Both the position numbers and the translations under genes were made by a program. Of a stretch of 64,000 nt of DNA, positions 1 through 15,000 are shown in pieces (the stretch's first letter is position 1; each line of letters begins with the position of its first letter). This DNA comes from Eledone cirrhosa. Lineage: Eukaryota. Under the pieces are notes generated by a model. That model did not search any database and had not been told where the DNA came from. It saw only the letters and a list, made by a program, of their open reading frames with translations. The stretch covers positions 163,246,001 to 163,310,000 of the forward strand of contig OZ024742.1 of assembly GCA_964016885.1 (NCBI GenBank). Direction: 5' to 3'.

Positions 1-26
1 AAATTATCTCCCCCTGATTTTTTTAC

Positions 27-250
27 AAATTATCTCCCCTTGGCTGGCTGGAAATTATCTCCCCTTGGAGGCTGGAATTTATCTCCCCTTGGACGGCTAG
101 AAATTACCTCTCCTTGGACGGCTGGAAAATATTTCTCCTTGGACGGCTGGATATTATCTACCCTTGGACGGGTGGAAATTATCTCCCCTTGGACGGCTGG
201 AAATTATCTCCCCTTGGACGGCTAGATATTACCTCCCCTTGGACGGCTGG
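27..250. repeat. Representative long G-run module (9 ordered monomer variants, 224 bp)
   Basis: Order: ..TTGGCTGGCTGG (27-51); 24-bp ..TTGGAGGCTGG (52-75); AATTT..GCTAG (76-100); AAATTACCTCTCC (101-125); AAAATATTTCTCC (126-150); ATATTATCTACCC (151-175); canonical; ..GCTAG; ATATTACCTCCCC (226-250). The same opening order recurs at nearly every 'MAGWKLSPLGGWNL' ORF. Confidence 0.9.
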
Positions 251-3200
251 AAATTATCTCCCCTTGATTTTTTTTACAAATTATCTCCCCCTGATTTTAT
301 TTTACAAATTATCTCCCCCTGATTTTTTTTACAAATTATCTCCCCCTGATATTTTTTACAAATTATCTCCCCCTGATTTTTTTACAAATTATCTCCCCTT
401 GGCTGGCTGGAAATTATCTCCCCTTGGACGGCTAGATATTACCTCCCCTTGGACGGCTGGAAATTATCTCCCCTTGATTTTTTTTACAAATTATCTCCCC
501 CTGATTTTTTTTTACAAATTATCTCCCCCTGATTTTTTTTTACAAATTATCTACCCCTGATTTTTTTTTACAAATTATCTCCCCCTGATTTTTTTACAAA
601 TTATCTCTCCCTGATTTTTTTTTACAAATTATCTCCCCCTGATTTTTTTTTACAAATTATCTACCCCTGATTTTTTTTTACAAATTATCTCCCCCTGATT
701 TTTTTTACAAATTATCTCCCCCTGATTTTTTTTACAAATTATCTCCCCCTGATTTTTTTACAAATTATCTCCCCCCGATTTTTTTTACAAATTATCTCCC
801 CTTGGCTGGCTGGAAATTATCTCCCCTTGGAGGCTGGAATTTATCTCCCCTTGGACGGTTAGAAATTACCTCTCCTTGGACGGCTGGAAAATATGTCTCC
901 TTGGACGGCTGGAAATTATCTCCCCTGGGACGGCTGGAAATTATCTCCCCTTGGACGGCTGGAAATTATCTCTCCTCGGACGACTAGAAATTACCTCTCC
1001 TTGGACAGCTGAAAATTATCTCCCCTTGGACGGCTGGAAATTATCTCCCCCTGATTTTTTTTTACAAATTATCTCCCCCTGATTTTTATTTTACAAATTA
1101 TCTCCCCCTGATTTTTTTTACAAATTATCTCCCCCTGATATTTTTTACAAATTATCTCCCCCTGATTTTTTTACAAATTATCTCCCCTTGGCTGGCTGGA
1201 AATTATCTCCCCTTGGAGGCTGGAATTTATCTCCCCTTGGACGGCTAGAAATTACCTCGCCTTGGACGGCTGGAAAATATGTCTCCTTGGACGGCTGGAA
1301 ATTATCTCCCCTTGGACGGCTGGAAATTATCTCCCCTTGGACGGCTGGATATTATCTACCCTTGGACGGCTAGATATTACCTCCCCTTGGACGGCTGGAA
1401 ATTATCTCCCCTTGATTTTTTTTACAAATTATCTCCCCCTGATTTTTTTTTACAAATTATCTCCCCCTGATTTTTTTTTACAAATTATCTACCCCTGATT
1501 TTTTTTACAAATTATCTCCCCCTGATTTTTTTTACAAATTATCTCTCCCTGATTTTTTTTTACAAATTATCTCCCCCTGATTTTTTTTTACAAATTATCT
1601 ACGCCTGATTTTTTTTTACAAATTATCTCCCCCTGATTTTTTTTACAAATTATCTCCCCCTGATTTTTTTACAAATTATCTCCCCCCGATTTTTTTTACA
1701 AATTATCTCCGCCTAATTTTTTTAAATATTATCTTGCCTTGGCTGGCGGGAAATTATCTCCCCTTGGACGGCTGGAAATTATCTCCCCTTGGACGGCTGG
1801 AAATTATCTCTCCTCGGACGACTAGAAATTACCTCTCCTTGGACAGCTGAAAATTATCTCCCCTTGGACGGCTGGAAATTATCTCCCCTTGATTTTTTTT
1901 ACAAATTATCTCCCCCTGATTTTTTTTTACAAATTATCTCCCCCTGATTTTTTTTTACAAATTATCTCCCCCTGATTTTTTTTACAAATTATCTCCCCCT
2001 GATATTTTTTACAAATTATCTCCCCCTGATTTTTTTACAAATTATCTCCCCTTGGCTGGCTGGAAATTATCTCCCCTTGGAGGCTGGAATTTATCTCCCC
2101 TTGGACGGCTAGAAATTACCTCGCCTTGGACGGCTGGAAAATATGTCTCCTTGGACGGCTGGAAATTATCTCCCCTTGGACGGCTGGAAATTATCTCCCC
2201 TTGGACGGCTAGATATTACCTCCCCTTGGACGGCTGGAAATTATCTCCCCTTGATTTTTTTTACAAATTATCTCCCCCTGATTTTTTTTTACAAATTATC
2301 TCCCCCTGATTTTTTTTTACAAATTATCTACCCCTGATTTTTTTTTTACAAATTATCTCCCCCTGATTTTTTTTACAAATTATCTCTCCCTGATTTTTTT
2401 TTACAAATTATCTCCCCCTGATTTTTTTTTACAAATTATCTACCCCTGATTTTTTTTTACAAATTATCTCCCCCTGATTTTTTTTACAAATTATCTCCCC
2501 CTGATTTTTTTACAAATTATCTCCCCCTGATTTTTTTACAAATTATCTCCCCCCGATTTTTTTTACAAATTATCTCCGCCTAATTTTTTTAAATATTATC
2601 TTCCCTTGGCTGGCGGGAAATTATCTCCCCTTGGACGGCTTAAAATTATCTCCCCTTGGACGGCTGGAAATTATCTCCCCTTGATTTTTTTACAAATTAT
2701 CTCCCCCTGATTATTTTTTACAAATTATCTCCCCCTGATTTTTTTTTACAAATTATCTCCCTCTGATTTTTTTTACAAATTATCTCCCCTTGGCTGGCTG
2801 GAAATTATCTCCCCTTGGAGGCTGGAATTTGTCTCCCCTTGGACGGTTAGAAATTACCTCTCCTTGGACTGCTGGAAAATATGTCTCCTTGGACGGCTGG
2901 AAATTATCTCCCCTGGGACGGCTGGAAATTATCTCCCCTTGGACGGCTGGAAATTATCTCTCCTCGGACGACTAGAAATTACCTCTCCTTGGACAGCTGA
3001 AAATTATCTCCCCTTGGACGGCTGGAAATTATCTCCCCTTGATTTTTTTTACAAATTATCTCCCCCTGATTTTTTTTTACAAATTATCTCCCCCTGATTT
3101 TATTTTACAAATTATCTCCCCCTGATTTTTTTTACAAATTATCTCCCCCTGATATTTTTTACAAATTATCTCCCCCTGATTTTTTTACAAATTATCTCCC

Positions 3201-6200
3201 CTTGGCTGGCTGGAAATTATCTCCCCTTGGAGGCTGGAATTTATCTCCCCTTGGACGGCTAGAAATTACCTCGCCTTGGACGGCTGGAAAATATGTCTCC
3301 TTGGACGGCTGGAAATTATCTCCCCTTGGACGGCTGGAAATTATCTCCCCTTGGACGGCTGGAAATTATCTCCCCTTGGACGGCTAGATATTACCTCCCC
3401 TTGGACGGCTGGAAATTATCTCCCCTTGATTTTTTTTACAAATTATCTCCCCCTGATTTTTTTTTACAAATTATCTCCCTGATTTTTTTTTACGAATTAT
3501 CTCCCCCTGATTTTTTTTTACAAATTATCTCCGCCTGATTTTTTTTTAAAAATTATCTCCCCTTGAACGGCTGGAAATTATCTCCCCTTGGACGGCTGGA
3601 AATTATCTCCCCTTGGACGGCTAGAAATTACCTCTCCTTGGACGGCTGAAAATTATCTCCCCTTGGACGGCTGCAAATTATCTCCCCTTGATTTTTTAAC
3701 AAATTATCTCCCCCTGATTTTTTTTTACAAATTATCTCCCCCTGATTTTTTTTTACAAATTATCTACGCCTAAGTTTTTTTACAAATTATCTCCCCCTGA
3801 TTTTTTTTTACAAATTATCTCCCCCTGATTTTTTTTACAAATTATCTCCCCCTGATTTTTTTTTACAAATTATTTACCCCTGATTTTTTTACAAATTATC
3901 TCCCCCCTGATTTTTTTTACAATCTCCGCCTGATTTTTTAAAAAATTATCTTCCCTTGGCTGGCGGGAAATTATCTCCCCTTGGACGGCTGGAAATTATA
4001 TCCCCTTGGACGGCTGGAAATTACCTCCCCTTGGACAGCTGGAAATTATCTGCCCTTGATTTTGTTTTTACAAATTATCTCCCCCTGATTTTTATTACAA
4101 ATTATCTCCACCTGATTTTTTAAAAAATTATCTCCCCTTGGACGGCTGGAAATTATCTCCCCTTGATTTTTTTACAAATTATCTCCCCCTGATTTTTTTT
4201 ACAAATTATCTCCCCCTGATTTTTTTTTTACAAATTATCTCCCCCTGATTTTTTTACAAATTATCTCCCCCTGATTTTTTTTACAAATTATCTCCGCCTG
4301 ATTTTTTAAAATATTATCTTCCCTTGGCTGGCGGGAAATTATCTCCCCTTGGACGGCTGAAAATTATCTCCCCTTGGACGGCTGGAAATTATCTCCCCTT
4401 GATTATTTTTACAAATTATCTCCCCCTGATTTTTTTTTACAAATTATCTCCCCCTGATTTTTTTTTACAAATTATCTCCCCCTGATTTTTTTTTACAAAT
4501 TATCTGCCCCTGATTTTTTTTACAAATTATCTCCCCCTGATTTTTTTACAAATTATCTCCCCTTGGCTGGCTGGAAATGATCTCCCCTTGGAGGCTGGAA
4601 TTTATCTCCCCTTGGACGGCTAGAAATTACCTCTCCTTGGACGGCTGGAAAATATTTCTCCTTGGACGGCTGGATATTATCTACCCTTGGACGGGTGGAA
4701 ATTATCTCCCCTTGGACGGCTGGAAATTATCTCCCCTTGGACGGCTAGATATTACCTCCCCTTGGACGGCTGGAAATTATCTCCCCTTGATTTTTTTTAC
4801 AGATTATCTCCCCCTGATTTTTTTTTTACAAATTATCTCCCCATGATTTTTTACAAATTATCTCCCCCTGATTTTTTTTACAAATTACCTCCGCCTGATT
4901 TTTTTAAATATTATCTTCCCTTGGCTGGCGGGAAATTATCTCCCCTTGGACGGCTGAAAATTATCTCCCCTTGGACGGCTGGAAATTATCTCCCCTTGAT
5001 TTTTTTTACAAATTATCTCCCCCTGATTATTTTTTACAAATTATCTTTCCCTGATTTTTTTTTACAAATTATCTCCCCCTGATTTTTTTTACAAATTATC
5101 TCCCCCTGATTTTTTTACAAATTATCTCCCCTTGGCTGGCTGGAAATTATCTCCCCTTGGTGGCTGGAATTTATCTCCCCTTGGACGGCTGGAAATTATC
5201 TCTCCTTGGACGGCTAGTAATTACCTCTCCTTGGACGGCTGGAAAATATGTCTCGTTGGAGGGCTGGAAATTATCTCCCCTTGGACGGCTGGAAATTATC
5301 TCCCCTTGGACGGCTGGAAATTATCTCTCCTTGGGCGGCTAGAAATTACCTCGCCTTGGACGGCTGGAAAATATGTCTCCTTGGACGGCTGGAAATTATC
5401 TCCCCTTGGACGGCTGGAAATTATCTCCCCTTGGACGGCTGGATATTATCTACCCTTGGACGGCTAGATATTACCTCCCCTTGGACGGCTGGAAATTATC
5501 TCCCCTTGATTTTTTTTACAAATTATCTCCCCCTGATTTTTTTTTACAAATTATCTCCCCTTGATTTTTTTTTACAAATTATCTACCCCTGATTTTTTTT
5601 TACAAATTATCTCCCCCTGATTTTTTTTACAAATTATCTCTCCCTGATTTTTTTTTACAAATTATCTCCCCCTGATTTTTTTTTACAAATTATCTACCCC
5701 TGATTTTTTTTTACAAATTATCTCCCCCTGATTTTTTTTACAAATTATCTCCCCCTGATTTTTTTACAAATTATCTCCCCCCGATTTTTTTTACAAATTA
5801 TCTCCGCCTAATTTTTTTAAATATTATCTTCCCTTGGCTGGCGGGAAATTATCTCCCCTTGGACGGCTGAAAATTATCTCCCCTTGGACGGCTGGAAATT
5901 ATCTCCCCTTGGAGGCTGGAATTTATCTCCCCTTGGACGGCTAGAAATTACCTCGCCTTGGACGGCTGGAAAATATGTCTCCTTGGACGGCTGGAAATTA
6001 TCTCCTCTTGGACGGCTGAAAATGATCTCCCCTTGGACGGCTGGAAATTATCTCCCCTTGATTTTTTTTACAAATTATCTCCCCCTGATTATTTTTTACA
6101 AATTATCTCCCCCTGATTTTTTTTTACAAATTATCTCCCCCTGATTTTTTTTACAAATTATCTCCCCCTGATTTTTTTACAAATTATCTCCCCTTGGCTG

Positions 6201-9109
6201 GCTGGAAATTATCTCCCCTTGGAGGCTGGAATTTATCTCCCCTTGGACGGTTAGAAATTACCTCTCCTTGGACGGCTGGAAAATATGTCTCCTTGGACGG
6301 CTGGAAATTATCGCCCCTTGGACGGCTGGAAATTATCTCCCCTTGGACGGCTGGAAATTATCTCTCCTCGGACGGCTAGAAATTACCTCTCCTTGGACAA
6401 CTGAAAATTATCTCCCCTTGGACGGCTGGAAATTATCTCCCCTTGATTTTTTTTACAAATTATCTCCCCCTGATTTTTTTTTACAAATTATCTCCCCCTG
6501 ATTTTTTTTTACAAATTATCTCCCCCTGATTTTTTTTTACAAATTATCTCCCCCTGATATTTTTTACAAATTATCTCCCCCTGATTTTTTTACAAATTAT
6601 CTCCCCTTGGCTGGCTGGAAATTATCTCCCCTTGGAGGCTGGAATTTATCTCCCCTTGGACGGCTAGAAATTACCTCGCCTTGGACGGCTGGAAAATATG
6701 TCTCCTTGGACGGCTGGAAATTATCTCCCCTTGGACGGCTGGAAATTATCTCCCCTTGGACGGCTGGAAATTATCTCCCCTTGGACGGCTAGATATTACC
6801 TCCCCTTGGACGGCTGGAAATTATCTCCCCTTGATTTTTTTTACAAATTATCTCCCCCTGATTTTTTTTTACAAATTATCTCCCCCTGATTTTTTTTTAC
6901 GAATTATCTCCCCCCGATTTTTTTTTACAAATTATCTCCGCCTGATTTTTTTTTAAAAATTATCTCCCCTTGAACGGCTGGAAATTATCTCCCCTTGGAC
7001 GGCTGGAAATTATCTCCCCTTGGACGGCTAGAAATTACCTCTCCTTGGACGGCTGAAAATTATCTCCCCTTGGACGGCTGCAAATTATCTCCCCTTGATT
7101 TTTTAACAAATTATCTCCCCCTGATTTTTTTTTACAAATCATCTCCCCCTGATTTTTTTTTACAAATTATCTCCCCCTGATTTTTTTTTACAAATTATCT
7201 CCCCCTGATTTTTTTACAAATTATCTCCCCCTGATTTTTTTTACAATCTCCGCCTGATTTTTTAAAAAATTATCTTCCCTTGGCTGGCGGGAAATTATCT
7301 CCCCTTGGACGGCTGGAAATTATATCCCCTTGGAAGGATGGAAATTATCTCCCCTTGGACGGCTGGAAATTATCTCCCCTTGGACGGCTGGAAATTATCT
7401 CCCCTTGGACAGCTGGAAATTATCTGCCCTTGATTTTGTTTTTACAAATTATCTCCCCCTGATTTTTTTTACAAATTATCTCCACCTGATTTTTAAAAAA
7501 ATTATCTCCCCTTGGACGGCTGGAAGTTATCTCCCCTTGATTTTTTTACAAATTATCTCCCCCTGATTTTTTTTACAAATTATCTCCCCCTGATTTTTTG
7601 TTACAAATTATCTCCCCCTGATTTTTTTACAAATTATCTCCCCCTGATTTTTTTTACAAATTATCTCCCCCTGATTTTTTTAAATATTATCTTCCCTTGG
7701 CTGGCGGGAAATTATCTCCCCTTGGACGGCTGAAAATTATCTCCCCTTGGACGGCTGGAAATTATCTCCCCTTGATTTTTTTTACAAATTATCTCCCCCT
7801 GATTTTTTTTTACAAATTATCTCCCCCTGATTTTTTTTTACAAATTATCTCCCCCTGATTTTTTTTTACAAATTATCTCCACCTGATTTTTTTTTACAAA
7901 TTATCTCCCCCTGATTTTTTTACAAATTATCTCCCCTTGGCTGGCAGGAAATTATCTCCCCTTGGAGGCTGGAATTTATCTCCCCTTGGACGGTTAGAAA
8001 TTACCTCTCCTTGGAGGGCTGGAAAATATGTCTCCTTGGACGGCTGGATATTATCTACCCTTGGACGGCTGGAAATTATCTCCCCTTGGACGGCTGGAAA
8101 TTATCTCCCCTTGGACGGCTAGATATTACCTCCCCTTGGACGGCTGGAAATTATCTCCCCTTGATTTTTTTTACAAATTATCTCCCCCTGATTTTTTTTT
8201 ACGAATTATCTCCCCCTGATTTTTTTTTACAAATTATCTCCGCCTGATTTTTTTTTTTAAATTATCTCCCCTTGAACGGCTGGAAATTATCTCCCCTTGG
8301 ACGGCTGGAAATTATCTCCCCTTGGACGGCTAGAAATTACCTCTCCTTGGACGGCTGAAAATTATCTCCCCTTGGACGGCTGCAAATTATCTCCCCTTGA
8401 TTTTTTTAACAAATTATCTCCCCCTGATTTTTTTTTACAAATTATCTCCCCCTGATTTTTTTTTACAAATTATCTACGCCTAATTTTTTTTACAAATTAT
8501 CTCCCCCTGATTTTTTTTTACAAATTATCTCCCCCTGATTTTTTTTACAAATTATCTCCCCCTGATTTTTTTTTACAAATTATCTCCCCCTGCTTTTTTT
8601 ACAAATTATCTCCCCCCTGATTATTTTTACAATCTCCGCCTGATTTTTTTAAAAATTATCTTCCCTTGGCTGGCGGGAAATTATCTCCCCTTGGACGGCT
8701 GGAAATTATATCCCCTTGGAAGGATGGAAATTATCTCCCCTTGGACGGCTGGAAATTATCTCCCCTTGGACGGCTGGAAATTACCTCCCCTTGGACAGCT
8801 GGAAATTATCTGCCCTTGATTTTGTTTTTACAAATTATCTCCCCCTGATTTTTTTTACAAATTATCTCCACCTGATTTTTTAAAAAATTATCTCCCCTTG
8901 GACGGCTGGAAATTATCTCCCCTTGATTTTTTTACAAATTATCTCCCCCTGATTTTTTTTACAAATTATCTCCCCCTGATTTTTTTTTTACAAATTATCT
9001 CCCCCTGATTTTTTTACAAATTATCTCCCCCTGATTTTTTTTACAAATTATCTCCGCCTGATTTTTTTAAATATTATCTTCCCTTGGCTGGCGGGAAATT
9101 ATCTCCCCT

Positions 9110-12030
9110 TGGAAGGCTGAAAATTATCTCCCCTTGGACGGCTGGAAATTATCTCCCCTTGATTTTTTTACAAATTATCTCCCCCTGATTTTTTTTTACA
9201 AATTATCTCCCCCTGATTTTTTTTTACAAATTATCTCCCCCTGATTTTTTTTTACAAATTATCTGCCCCTGATTTTTTTTACAAATTATCTCCCCCTGAT
9301 TTTTTTACAAATTATCTCCCCTTGGCTGGCTGGAAATTATCTCCCCTTGGAGGCTGGAATTTATCTCCCCTTGGACGGCTAGAAATTACCTCTCCTTGGA
9401 CGGCTGGAAAATATTTCTCCTTGGACGGCTGGATATTATCTACCCTTGGACGGGTGGAAATTATCTCCCCTTGGACGGCTGGAAATTATCTCCCCTTGGA
9501 CGGCTAGATATTACCTCCCCTTGGACGGCTGGAAATTATCTCCCCTTGATTTTTTTTACAAATTATCTCCCCCTGATTTTATTTTACAAATTATCTCCCC
9601 CTGATTTTTTTTACAAATTATCTCCCCCTGATATTTTTTACAAATTATCTCCCCCTGATTTTTTTACAAATTATCTCCCCTTGGCTGGCTGGAAATTATC
9701 TCCCCTTGGACGGCTAGATATTACCTCCCCTTGGACGGCTGGAAATTATCTCCCCTTGATTTTTTTTACAAATTATCTCCCCCTGATTTTTTTTTACAAA
9801 TTATCTCCCCCTGATTTTTTTTTACAAATTATCTACCCCTGATTTTTTTTTACAAATTATCTCCCCCTGATTTTTTTACAAATTATCTCTCCCTGATTTT
9901 TTTTTACAAATTATCTCCCCCTGATTTTTTTTTACAAATTATCTACCCCTGATTTTTTTTTACAAATTATCTCCCCCTGATTTTTTTTACAAATTATCTC
10001 CCCCTGATTTTTTTTACAAATTATCTCCCCCTGATTTTTTTACAAATTATCTCCCCCCGATTTTTTTTACAAATTATCTCCCCTTGGCTGGCTGGAAATT
10101 ATCTCCCCTTGGAGGCTGGAATTTATCTCCCCTTGGACGGTTAGAAATTACCTCTCCTTGGACGGCTGGAAAATATGTCTCCTTGGACGGCTGGAAATTA
10201 TCTCCCCTGGGACGGCTGGAAATTATCTCCCCTTGGACGGCTGGAAATTATCTCTCCTCGGACGACTAGAAATTACCTCTCCTTGGACAGCTGAAAATTA
10301 TCTCCCCTTGGACGGCTGGAAATTATCTCCCCCTGATTTTTTTTTACAAATTATCTCCCCCTGATTTTTATTTTACAAATTATCTCCCCCTGATTTTTTT
10401 TACAAATTATCTCCCCCTGATATTTTTTACAAATTATCTCCCCCGATTTTTTTACAAATTATCTCCCCTTGGCTGGCTGGAAATTATCTCCCCTTGGAGG
10501 CTGGAATTTATCTCCCCTTGGACGGCTAGAAATTACCTCGCCTTGGACGGCTGGAAATTATCTCCCCTTGGAAGGCTGAAAATTATCTCCCCTTGGACGG
10601 CTGGAAATTATCTCCCCTTGATTTTTTTACAAATTATCTCCCCCTGATTTTTTTTTACAAATTATCTCCCCCTGATTTTTTTTTACAAATTATCTCCCCC
10701 TGATTTTTTTTTACAAATTATCTGCCCCTGATTTTTTTTACAAATTATCTCCCCCTGATTTTTTTACAAATTATCTCCCCTTGGCTGGCTGGAAATTATC
10801 TCCCCTTGGAGGCTGGAATTTATCTCCCCTTGGACGGCTAGAAATTACCTCTCCTTGGACGGCTGGAAAATATTTCTCCTTGGACGGCTGGATATTATCT
10901 ACCCTTGGACGGGTGGAAATTATCTCCCCTTGGACGGCTGGAAATTATCTCCCCTTGGACGGCTAGATATTACCTCCCCTTGGACGGCTGGAAATTATCT
11001 CCCCTTGATTTTTTTTACAAATTATCTCCCCCTGATTTTATTTTACAAATTATCTCCCCCTGATATTTTTTACAAATTATCTCCCCCTGATATTTTTTAC
11101 AAATTATCTCCCCCTGATTTTTTTACAAATTATCTCCCCTTGGCTGGCTGGAAATTATCTCCCCTTGGACGGCTAGATATTACCTCCCCTTGGACGGCTG
11201 GAAATTATCTCCCCTTGATTTTTTTTACAAATTATCTCCCCCTGATTTTTTTTTACAAATTATCTCCCCCTGATTTTTTTTTACAAATTATCTACCCCTG
11301 ATTTTTTTTTACAAATTATCTCCCCCTGATTTTTTTACAAATTATCTCTCCCTGATTTTTTTTTACAAATTATCTCCCCCTGATTTTTTTTTACAAATTA
11401 TCTACCCCTGATTTTTTTTTACAAATTATCTCCCCCTGATTTTTTTTACAAATTATCTCCCCCTGATTTTTTTTACAAATTATCTCCCCCTGATTTTTTT
11501 ACAAATTATCTCCCCCCGATTTTTTTTACAAATTATCTCCCCTTGGCTGGCTGGAAATTATCTCCCCTTGGAGGCTGGAATTTATCTCCCCTTGGACGGT
11601 TAGAAATTACCTCTCCTTGGACGGCTGGAAAATATGTCTCCTTGGACGGCTGGAAATTATCTCCCCTGGGACGGCTGGAAATTATCTCCCCTTGGACGGC
11701 TGGAAATTATCTCTCCTCGGACGACTAGAAATTACCTCTCCTTGGACAGCTGAAAATTATCTCCCCTTGGACGGCTGGAAATTATCTCCCCCTGATTTTT
11801 TTTTACAAATTATCTCCCCCTGATTTTTATTTTACAAATTATCTCCCCCTGATTTTTTTTACAAATTATCTCCCCCTGATATTTTTTACAAATTATCTCC
11901 CCCTGATTTTTTTACAAATTATCTCCCCTTGGCTGGCTGGAAATTATCTCCCCTTGGAGGTTGGAATTTATCTCCCCTTGGACGGCTAGAAATTACCTCG
12001 CCTTGGACGGCTGGAAAATATGTCTCCTTG
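9110..12030. repeat. 1,459-bp tandem duplication in satellite A (recurs at ~33130-36050)
   Basis: ORF anchors 9322/10781 and 10084/11543 (offset 1459); 33342/34801 and 34104/35563. Junction near 10555, where CCTCGCC..GGCTGG is joined to the GGAAGGCTGA monomer seen at 9111. Confidence 0.85.
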
Positions 12031-15000
12031 GACGGCTGGAAATTATCTCCCCTTGGACGGCTGGAATTTATCTCCCCTTGGACGGCTGGATATTATCTAC
12101 CCTTGGACGGCTAGATATTACCTCCCCTTGGACGGCTGGAAATTATCTCCCCTTGATTTTTTTTACAAATTATCTCCCCCTGATTTTTTTTTACAAATTA
12201 TCTCCCCCTGATTTTTTTTTACAAATTATCTACCCCTGATTTTTTTTACAAATTATCTCCCCCTGATTTTTTTTACAAATTATCTCTCCCTGATTTTTTT
12301 TTACAAATTATCTCCCCCTGATTTTTTTTTACAAATTATCTACGCCTGATTTTTTTTTACAAATTATCTCCCCCTGATTTTTTTTACAAATTATCTCCCC
12401 CTGATTTTTTTACAAATTATCTCCCCCCGATTTTTTTTACAAATTATCTCCGCCTAATTTTTTTAAATATTATCTTCCCTTGGCTGGCGGGAAATTATCT
12501 CCCCTTGGACGGCTGGAAATTATCTCCCCTTGGACGGCTGGAAATTATCTCTCCTCGGACGACTAGAAATTACCTCTCCTTGGACAGCTGAAAATTATCT
12601 CCCCTTGGACGGCTGGAAATTATCTCCCCTTGATTTTTTTTACAAATTATCTCCCCCTGATTTTTTTTTACAAATTATCTCCCCCTGATTTTTTTTTACA
12701 AATTATCTCCCCCTGATTTTTTTTACAAATTATCTCCCCCTGATATTTTTTACAAATTATCTCCCCCTGATTTTTTTACAAATTATCTCCCCTTGGCTGG
12801 CTGGAAATTATCTCCCCTTGGAGGCTGGAATTTATCTCCCCTTGGACGGCTAGAAATTACCTCGCCTTGGACGGCTGGAAAATATGTCTCCTTGGACGGC
12901 TGGAAATTATCTCCCCTTGGACGGCTGGAAATTATCTCCCCTTGGACGGCTAGATATTACCTCCCCTTGGACGGCTGGAAATTATCTCCCCTTGATTTTT
13001 TTACAAATTATCTCCCCCTGATTTTTTTTTACAAATTATCTCCCCCTGATTTTTTTTTACAAATTATCTACCCCTGATTTTTTTTTACAAATTATCTCCC
13101 CCTGATTTTTTTTACAAATTATCTCTCCCTGATTTTTTTTTACAAATTATCTCCCCCTGATTTTTTTTTACAAATTATCTACCCCTGATTTTTTTTTACA
13201 AATTATCTCCCCCTGATTTTTTTTACAAATTATCTCCCCCTGATTTTTTTACAAATTATCTCCCCCTGATTTTTTTACAAATTATCTCCCCCCGATTTTT
13301 TTTACAAATTATCTCCGCCTAATTTTTTTAAATATTATCTTCCCTTGGCTGGCGGGAAATTATCTCCCCTTGGACGGCTTAAAATTATCTCCCCTTGGAC
13401 GGCTGGAAATTATCTCCCCTTGATTTTTTTACAAATTATCTCCCCCTGATTATTTTTTACAAATTATCTCCCCCTGATTTTTTTTTACAAATTATCTCCC
13501 TCTGATTTTTTTTACAAATTATCTCCCCTTGGCTGGCTGGAAATTATCTCCCCTTGGAGGCTGGAATTTGTCTCCCCTTGGACGGTTAGAAATTACCTCT
13601 CCTTGGACTGCTGGAAAATATGTCTCCTTGGACGGCTGGAAATTATCTCCCCTGGGACGGCTGGAAATTATCTCCCCTTGGACGGCTGGAAATTATCTCT
13701 CCTCGGACGACTAGAAATTACCTCTCCTTGGACAGCTGAAAATTATCTCCCCTTGGACGGCTGGAAATTATCTCCCCTTGATTTTTTTTACAAATTATCT
13801 CCCCCTGATTTTTTTTTACAAATTATCTCCCCCTGATTTTATTTTACAAATTATCTCCCCCTGATTTTTTTTACAAATTATCTCCCCCTGATATTTTTTA
13901 CAAATTATCTCCCCCTGATTTTTTTACAAATTATCTCCCCTTGGCTGGCTGGAAATTATCTCCCCTTGGAGGCTGGAATTTATCTCCCCTTGGACGGCTA
14001 GAAATTACCTCGCCTTGGACGGCTGGAAAATATGTCTCCTTGGACGGCTGGAAATTATCTCCCCTTGGACGGCTGGAAATTATCTCCCCTTGGACGGCTG
14101 GAAATTATCTCCCCTTGGACGGCTAGATATTACCTCCCCTTGGACGGCTGGAAATTATCTCCCCTTGATTTTTTTTACAAATTATCTCCCCCTGATTTTT
14201 TTTTACAAATTATCTCCCTGATTTTTTTTTACGAATTATCTCCCCCTGATTTTTTTTTACAAATTATCTCCGCCTGATTTTTTTTTAAAAATTATCTCCC
14301 CTTGAACGGCTGGAAATTATCTCCCCTTGGACGGCTGGAAATTATCTCCCCTTGGACGGCTAGAAATTACCTCTCCTTGGACGGCTGAAAATTATCTCCC
14401 CTTGGACGGCTGCAAATTATCTCCCCTTGATTTTTTAACAAATTATCTCCCCCTGATTTTTTTTTACAAATTATCTCCCCCTGATTTTTTTTTACAAATT
14501 ATCTACGCCTAAGTTTTTTTACAAATTATCTCCCCCTGATTTTTTTTTACAAATTATCTCCCCCTGATTTTTTTTACAAATTATCTCCCCCTGATTTTTT
14601 TTTACAAATTATTTACCCCTGATTTTTTTACAAATTATCTCCCCCCTGATTTTTTTTACAATCTCCGCCTGATTTTTTAAAAAATTATCTTCCCTTGGCT
14701 GGCGGGAAATTATCTCCCCTTGGACGGCTGGAAATTATATCCCCTTGGACGGCTGGAAATTACCTCCCCTTGGACAGCTGGAAATTATCTGCCCTTGATT
14801 TTGTTTTTACAAATTATCTCCCCCTGATTTTTATTACAAATTATCTCCACCTGATTTTTTAAAAAATTATCTCCCCTTGGACGGCTGGAAATTATCTCCC
14901 CTTGATTTTTTTACAAATTATCTCCCCCTGATTTTTTTTACAAATTATCTCCCCCTGATTTTTTTTTTACAAATTATCTCCCCCTGATTTTTTTACAAAT

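Noticed and set aside
251-790. GC-rich block followed by T-tracts as intrinsic or Pol III terminators, or retroposon tails
   Set aside because: No strong hairpin (only a 3-bp TCC/GGA stem), no gene or A/B boxes, no target-site duplications; the T-tracts are part of the monomer.
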